From IMG/VR virus record IMGVR_UViG_3300017593_000761: a stretch of DNA of 20,000 bases, one strand, 5' to 3'. Below, in pieces: positions 15,419 through 20,000 of the stretch. The stretch is from an uncultured virus (IMG/VR IMGVR_UViG_3300017593_000761) (Duplodnaviria > Heunggongvirae > Uroviricota > Caudoviricetes). Each line of letters opens with the position of its first letter. The stretch's first letter is position 1. The notes beneath the pieces are model-generated. The model ran no database searches. It saw nothing but the letters and a program-made list of their open reading frames with translations, and had not been told where the DNA came from. The translations under genes were made by a program, and so were the position numbers.

Positions 15419-16043
15419 CTTTCCCGTAAAAGAAATCGAAGATACGCTTCTTAACTGGAGTATCCGCTTCCCTCGATTCTTCTATGACCTTAATGAGTGT
15501 TTGTGATTCCTTGAGGAGGTTTTCAGCTGTAATGTTACCAATGCGAGGGACACACATTAGACACGCAACTCGCAGAGAATGAAGGTTAGCATTGGTCTTC
15601 GATACCTTTATATCGGCTGTTCTTGGAGGTGAGACCTTTTGCTTCTTTTCTATCATCATAGCGAGATACTTGAATGCACTACTCAACTTTGCAAACTCAA
15701 CGATAGGAATACCCATCATTAAGACTGAAATCTTCGTGCCTTCTACCATCGAATTCGTTATGCCTCTACGTGAGATGACTTCCCTCCAACTGAATTCATC
15801 ACCATCAAGAAGTAGAAAAGGATGAGCATAATTAGATTTCATTACATACAAATTAGTCCAAAAGGAAGGGCGTCTTGCAGAGGTAATGAAATCAGATGGA
15901 GTTTTCCTTTCGATTATAATATCCTCAAATTGAATGTCCCCTACCTCAAGCTTGCTACGTCTGATTTTAACGTCCTTTAGTGTTTGAACTGCTGTTTCAT
16001 AAACATGCTTGGGTTCTCTTGTATCCACTATTACCTCGCTCAT
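15396..16043 (-). CDS. ERCC4/XPF-family structure-specific endonuclease with HhH domain
   Basis: VDTRE, GD and ERKxxxD motifs; HhH VPRIGNITAENLL. Confidence 0.88.
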   Translation of the reverse strand: MSEVIVDTREPKHVYETAVQTLKDVKIRRSKLEVGDIQFEDIIIERKTPSDFITSARRPSFWTNLYVMKSNYAHPFLLLDGDEFSWREVISRRGITNSMVEGTKISVLMMGIPIVEFAKLSSAFKYLAMMIEKKQKVSPPRTADIKVSKTNANLHSLRVACLMCVPRIGNITAENLLKESQTLIKVIEESREADTPVKKRIFDFFYGKDDKAGVS

Positions 16044-16372
16044 CTATACATCGGGTCTGGTTTAGGAGTAGAATTAGAGGCTACATTCGGAACCTCCTCA
16101 AATGTGAATAATTCATCTAATGGTTCATCTTCATCAAATAATTCTTCTATGAGCTCCTCTAAAAACTCATCAATTGCGTAATTCATTGTTTCTTCATCGA
16201 GATCCATTGTGAGTTCTTCAAGACATAGAATCAACGCTGCCCTCGCAGTCGTTGGATTGGTCTTTTTTAATCTCGATAGGATAGTCTTTGCTAATTTCTT
16301 AGCTGATCCTTCTTCTTTAGAAGTAATAACCGTGCCAATAGCAGCACTCACTTTTTCCATATCAATTTTCAT
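16040..16372 (-). CDS. Hypothetical protein with a highly acidic C-terminal half
   Basis: Track ORF 16040-16417. A GAGGT RBS favours ATG at 16372. Confidence 0.7.
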   Translation of the reverse strand: MKIDMEKVSAAIGTVITSKEEGSAKKLAKTILSRLKKTNPTTARAALILCLEELTMDLDEETMNYAIDEFLEELIEELFDEDEPLDELFTFEEVPNVASNSTPKPDPMYR

Positions 16373-16403
16373 TCTGATTACCTCACATCGTTTATCACTC
16401 GAA

Positions 16404-17168
16404 TTATACAAAGCCATAATCTTTCTTTAGAGGTAGTTGATGCCATTTGCTCTCCAATTTACCTAAATATCGCCTTCTTCTTATCTGCTTATAGAGTGTC
16501 TTTTCGTCTGTTTCAACCTTGAATGATGGAGTGCGCAACTGAAGGACATACTTGGCATTATAAGCCAGAGTATCTCCACCCCAGATTCTCCCTTCGTCAA
16601 ATCTATTCGCCTTATCCTGTGATTGATGCGAAACTACTATGATGGCAACATCAGTTTCATCAAGAATTAAAGAGAGCTGACCGAGTATTCGTGAGATTAC
16701 ATCGGCTCTCGCACCAAAGTTCTGACGTGCACTTCCTATTGCACCCTTAATGGGCGTTGTTATTGAATCGAGCACTAAGACTTCACATTTGTGTTGCTTA
16801 ATATATTCGAGTGCAGGAAATCTTTCCGTGATAGTGATATTGCTTTCGACCTTGCCCGCTTTACCCTCTTCTCCTTTCGTTATCAACTGGATATTCAAAC
16901 CTAGTGCATTGCCTAAGGAATAGAGAGAACGGCAATTCAATTGAAACGGCTGATGGAATTTACTGCCAAATCGTGGTTGGAGGAATTTAGTAAACGCTTT
17001 TGGGTCTCCTATCTCGGTATTTATCACTACGCTATTGGTCTGACATGCTAATTGATAAGCTAAAAGAGACTTACCTGAATTGGGACCTCCGAAGAGAAAG
17101 AGCATCTCATTTTGTGTCAATCCCCCGTCAACTAATTCATCAACTACTTTTGCGTCAAACCTGAACAT
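16404..17168 (-). CDS. RecA-superfamily ATPase, RadA/RadB-like (core domain only)
   Basis: Walker A GGPNSGKS, catalytic NTE, Walker B LVLDS, RadA-like GGxxLxY and no N-terminal HhH domain. Confidence 0.82.
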   Translation of the reverse strand: MFRFDAKVVDELVDGGLTQNEMLFLFGGPNSGKSLLAYQLACQTNSVVINTEIGDPKAFTKFLQPRFGSKFHQPFQLNCRSLYSLGNALGLNIQLITKGEEGKAGKVESNITITERFPALEYIKQHKCEVLVLDSITTPIKGAIGSARQNFGARADVISRILGQLSLILDETDVAIIVVSHQSQDKANRFDEGRIWGGDTLAYNAKYVLQLRTPSFKVETDEKTLYKQIRRRRYLGKLESKWHQLPLKKDYGFV

Positions 17169-17174
17169 CTTCTC

Positions 17175-18050
17175 TCACTCCAATAAGGATAAAATAGAGA
17201 GGTGAGGAGGGGAGATAGTCCCTCCCTTTGCCTCTGCGTGTCCACCTACCACTAATTCGATATTCTTCTCTTCCGCTTTAGCCTTTAACTTGGACTCTAA
17301 CCAGTTCGATAAATCCCCTCGTATTGAGAATGCACCAGTCTCAGTATTCTGTATGAGGATGGTCTCTTGTATACTCCTTGATAATTGGGTTGCTATCCTT
17401 CCCTCTACTGCGATATCAGATGAGATTTGACCTACCAATATGTCATTCCATTCTATTAGTTCTAATTCTTGGAGTACTGAATTAACTCGTGTCTTCAGTA
17501 ATTGTTTAGCTTCCAAACATCTTGGGTCATTGATAACGTCTATTGGCTTCCTTGCTTCCTCAAGAACGTCCCATGCATCAAACTCCTGTCCCAATCTACA
17601 AAGAGCATTTATACCGGATGATAGGAGGTGATATAACCTCAGGTGGAATGGAACGTTCTTATAGCCATAGAATTTCGTATGCCTCGTCTTCAACATAGGA
17701 CAAGTATCCCACACTTCTAAAGGAATAGAATAGGGTTCCATGTCCCCAACTGCTCCAATGGCAGTAATCCACCATTTTTCTGTGGGAATCTTGTCCTTAT
17801 AATGGTTGAAGACAATCACAGCCGTTGGAACATTATCAAAAATCAATTCGTATTTCCGCTCGCTTGGGTGATTGGGATGGTGGTCTATGACAAGTCCATT
17901 GAAGGAAGGGTCTGGGTGCATATCCAATACAACAGTTGAACCCTCAGCGATATTCCCGAAGTCCCGTATCTCTACTGTGTCCTCTCCATTCGCTAAGGTA
18001 TAAAGAAAAGCTGCGGAGAGTCCGTCCGCGTCGTGATGAGTTGTTATCAT
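17175..18050 (-). CDS. DHH/DHHA1 phosphoesterase (RecJ/GAN-like exonuclease)
   Basis: HHDADG, LD, IDHH, GAVGD, SIR and GGHxxAxG motifs. Confidence 0.87.
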   Translation of the reverse strand: MITTHHDADGLSAAFLYTLANGEDTVEIRDFGNIAEGSTVVLDMHPDPSFNGLVIDHHPNHPSERKYELIFDNVPTAVIVFNHYKDKIPTEKWWITAIGAVGDMEPYSIPLEVWDTCPMLKTRHTKFYGYKNVPFHLRLYHLLSSGINALCRLGQEFDAWDVLEEARKPIDVINDPRCLEAKQLLKTRVNSVLQELELIEWNDILVGQISSDIAVEGRIATQLSRSIQETILIQNTETGAFSIRGDLSNWLESKLKAKAEEKNIELVVGGHAEAKGGTISPPHLSILSLLE

Positions 18051-18646
18051 TTCTTTAGTTTCAATCCGTTTTTACCCAATGAATATTCTCTTCCTTTCAT
18101 AGAGGTCAAGACTTCCTTTATGCTATCAAAGTCCTCGCTTCCTATCTCCAATCCGACTTTCAGTGCCAATTCCTCTATGTTAGCATAAGTCTCGCCTTCA
18201 CACTGTTTGAGTGCTTCTCTAACCTTCTTCTCAAGCTCACCCGTCTCCTTAATTGTAACATTCCAGCTTTGGTTACCCTTCCTCTGCATCGTAAAGACCA
18301 AGTCAGTCCACTCTTCTGGTTTCTCTATATCCCGACCGCTATCTTCAATTGCCTGTCTTATCGCTCCCACCGCACTCTCACTTACCGAAAGGACAGCTAT
18401 ACTATCCTCTTCCATAGCGTAAATGTATGTCTCAAGCACTCCATTTCGGAGCTTCTCATTCACCTCTCGTCCAGCAAGGTCAGTCTCGCCAGGGAAGTAT
18501 CGCACCCATTCTCCCTTGTTCAGCTCTATGCCTTCGGGAGTCTTCCCAGCTTCAAACCTAAAAGTAACTGTCTTCTTATCATTTTGCCCAAAGAATATCA
18601 CAGGTATGGATGTCTTGACCTCACCCATCTTAACAACTTCTGGCAT
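18047..18646 (-). CDS. Hypothetical protein, possibly an ssDNA-binding protein
   Basis: Beta-rich N-terminal domain plus short helical C-terminal domain; GGAGGTGA RBS; coupled to the DHH gene. The function is inferred from context only. Confidence 0.6.
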   Translation of the reverse strand: MPEVVKMGEVKTSIPVIFFGQNDKKTVTFRFEAGKTPEGIELNKGEWVRYFPGETDLAGREVNEKLRNGVLETYIYAMEEDSIAVLSVSESAVGAIRQAIEDSGRDIEKPEEWTDLVFTMQRKGNQSWNVTIKETGELEKKVREALKQCEGETYANIEELALKVGLEIGSEDFDSIKEVLTSMKGREYSLGKNGLKLKK

Positions 18647-18958
18647 TTATTCATCACCTCCTTTTAATTTATCATTTTCTTCGAATATCTCAAGAAGTTT
18701 AGTCTTGTATGCTGCTTTAAGAGCTCCTTCGTGAATGTTCAAGATCTTCCCCGATGAAGAGCCTCCAGATAACTGAACAGCCTCACAGTGAATCGCATAG
18801 CTTAATGTATCCATGATATCTTGGATGACATCCGTCTGAGAGAAATCACCATTGAAGAGCTTAGTAATTGCCTTTTTATAAGTTGCTTCTCTTTCTTCAT
18901 TTTCTGCTTCAATTGCACTCTCAAACATATCCATTATTTTATCCACTATTTCTTCCAT
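18647..18958 (-). CDS. Hypothetical acidic helical protein
   Basis: 103-aa ORF with GGAGG RBS. Confidence 0.75.
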   Translation of the reverse strand: MEEIVDKIMDMFESAIEAENEEREATYKKAITKLFNGDFSQTDVIQDIMDTLSYAIHCEAVQLSGGSSSGKILNIHEGALKAAYKTKLLEIFEENDKLKGGDE

Positions 18959-18972
18959 TTATCTTCCTCCTA

Positions 18973-19158
18973 TTATCTTAAAGAGGTAGATTGTAGAGAT
19001 ATACGTATTTGTTTCTGTGTGCGGGAAGAGAAGAACCATCGAAGCCACGATTTCTTCTTGTGATGAACACCGTTAGGAGGTAGGCGACCATATTTATTCC
19101 CTAAGAAGCGACTGATGAATCTCCACTGGTCTTCAATTTCTAAAATTTTCATCCTCAA
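18973..19158 (-). CDS. Small basic hypothetical protein
   Basis: 61-aa ORF filling the gap between co-oriented genes. Confidence 0.55.
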   Translation of the reverse strand: MRMKILEIEDQWRFISRFLGNKYGRLPPNGVHHKKKSWLRWFFSSRTQKQIRISLQSTSLR

Positions 19159-19160
19159 TA

Positions 19161-19430
19161 TTATCCTTCTGTTTCAGGAGTTGTGGATTGAACTATTGAT
19201 GTCAATCTTGAGTTGCTAACTCCAACTTTACAAAGATACCTCTTATGGAATTTCTCGCACTCACCTTCAGCTATAATATATCCAAGCCGAGTATCCTCAT
19301 TAGACAGAATAATGTCCCCGGGTTCCAAATAATCGTATTCCCCGATATGCGACGTATAATATTCAAGCCTATCATGTTCCTCAGAGCATATCGGACATTT
19401 GTGAGGAATGAGAAAAACTAAATATCCCAT
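19161..19430 (-). CDS. Cys-containing (possible Zn-binding) hypothetical protein
   Basis: CPIC plus later Cys/His residues; GGAG RBS. Confidence 0.65.
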   Translation of the reverse strand: MGYLVFLIPHKCPICSEEHDRLEYYTSHIGEYDYLEPGDIILSNEDTRLGYIIAEGECEKFHKRYLCKVGVSNSRLTSIVQSTTPETEG

Positions 19431-19567
19431 TTCTCCTTCTCGTATATTACATAGAACGTATCGCCATCCTCGTGTGGGACTATATTAATCGAAATGATAT
19501 TGACGCTGGGGTCATTAAGAAGCCGTTCCACTAAACTCAACTGATTAAAAGCTCTTATTAATTTCAT
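19418..19567 (-). CDS. Small hypothetical protein (49 aa, not in ORF track)
   Basis: MKLIRAFNQLSLVERLLNDPSVNIISINIVPHEDGDTFYVIYEKEKWDI*; GGAGG upstream; overlaps both neighbours. Confidence 0.65.
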   Translation of the reverse strand: MKLIRAFNQLSLVERLLNDPSVNIISINIVPHEDGDTFYVIYEKEKWDI

Positions 19568-19844
19568 TATCGTTCTTTCCTCCTTTCCCGAAATTTGTGA
19601 ATGGTGAAGTCATAATCTCTTCCATTGTCTCCTTATCGTTCCTATAATATGCTTCCATAAACTCTTGCTCCGCTTTCGCATCTATCTCCTCTTGATGAAC
19701 TTCACATGGATTTTCTCCTCTTTCACACATCTTTTGGAACTCTTCCAGGGATAATCTACATCTCCCTTCTTTCGAATCCCAATATTTGCATTTGATTGGA
19801 TGATTACAACTCATTTTCTTCTCATCGCCTTCCCTTCTCTCCAC
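19545..19844 (-). CDS. Cys-rich hypothetical protein (start possibly 19814)
   Basis: Five Cys in the N-terminal half; co-oriented with its neighbours. Confidence 0.65.
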   Translation of the reverse strand: MERREGDEKKMSCNHPIKCKYWDSKEGRCRLSLEEFQKMCERGENPCEVHQEEIDAKAEQEFMEAYYRNDKETMEEIMTSPFTNFGKGGKNDNEINKSF

Positions 19845-19858
19845 CTATACTACAAATC

Positions 19859-20000
19859 TTAAAACTGTTCATTTAAAAAAGATTTGCAACAGTCCGTTCT
19901 GATTCTTTTCCCCATTTGATCTCCTATTTCAATCTCAAGAACTTCTTTAAATGCATGAATTTTACCACAATAAAATTCTTTATTCTCTCTTGTGACGGAT
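19859..20000 (-). CDS. Hypothetical protein, 3' end only
   Basis: Open frame ...SVTRENKEFYCGKIHAFKEVLEIEIGDQMGKRIRTDCCKSFLNEQF*. Confidence 0.4.
   Translation of the reverse strand, partial: SVTRENKEFYCGKIHAFKEVLEIEIGDQMGKRIRTDCCKSFLNEQF

Noticed and set aside
16404..17168. DnaB-like (SF4) helicase or KaiC assignment
   Set aside because: The LVLDS and GGxxLxY motifs and the protein size fit RadA/RadB better, and DnaB-specific motifs were not evident.
1636..19063. All plus-strand ORFs in the track (e.g. 2724-3047, 12719-13201, 18269-18667)
   Set aside because: They are antisense shadows of well-supported minus-strand genes, with no recognisable motifs.
1..20000. tRNA/rRNA genes, transposases, integrase or att sites
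   Set aside because: None were recognisable by eye and the intergenic gaps are short and AT-rich; tRNAscan-SE was not run.

Overview
This window is a gene-dense, AT-rich segment with essentially all real genes on the minus strand, many coupled by overlapping stop/start codons and GGAGG/GAGGTG ribosome-binding sites. The content is a DNA replication, recombination and nucleotide-metabolism module, most likely of a large dsDNA (probably head-tailed) virus or virus-like element of an anaerobic archaeon. It encodes an archaeal-type PolB, a fused PriS-PriL primase, a RadA/RadB-like ATPase, a DHH/DHHA1 nuclease, an ERCC4/XPF nuclease, a class III RNR (nrdD+nrdG), an RNA-ligase-family enzyme, a metallophosphoesterase, a ClpP-like protease, DUF47/PhoU-like and DUF1599/Nmad1 proteins, five orphan DNA methyltransferases and many small ORFs. 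No structural genes, tRNAs, CRISPR arrays, inteins or transposases were seen. The most unusual observations are: (1) three dispersed copies of a ~100-bp non-coding element with ~20-bp phased sub-sites, occupying the three largest intergenic gaps, one copy inverted; (2) PCNA-binding PIP-box tails on two DNA methyltransferases as well as on PolB; (3) strong avoidance of GGCC and GTAC; (4) a compact PolB with an altered motif B. All family assignments come from motif recognition by eye; no database searches were run.
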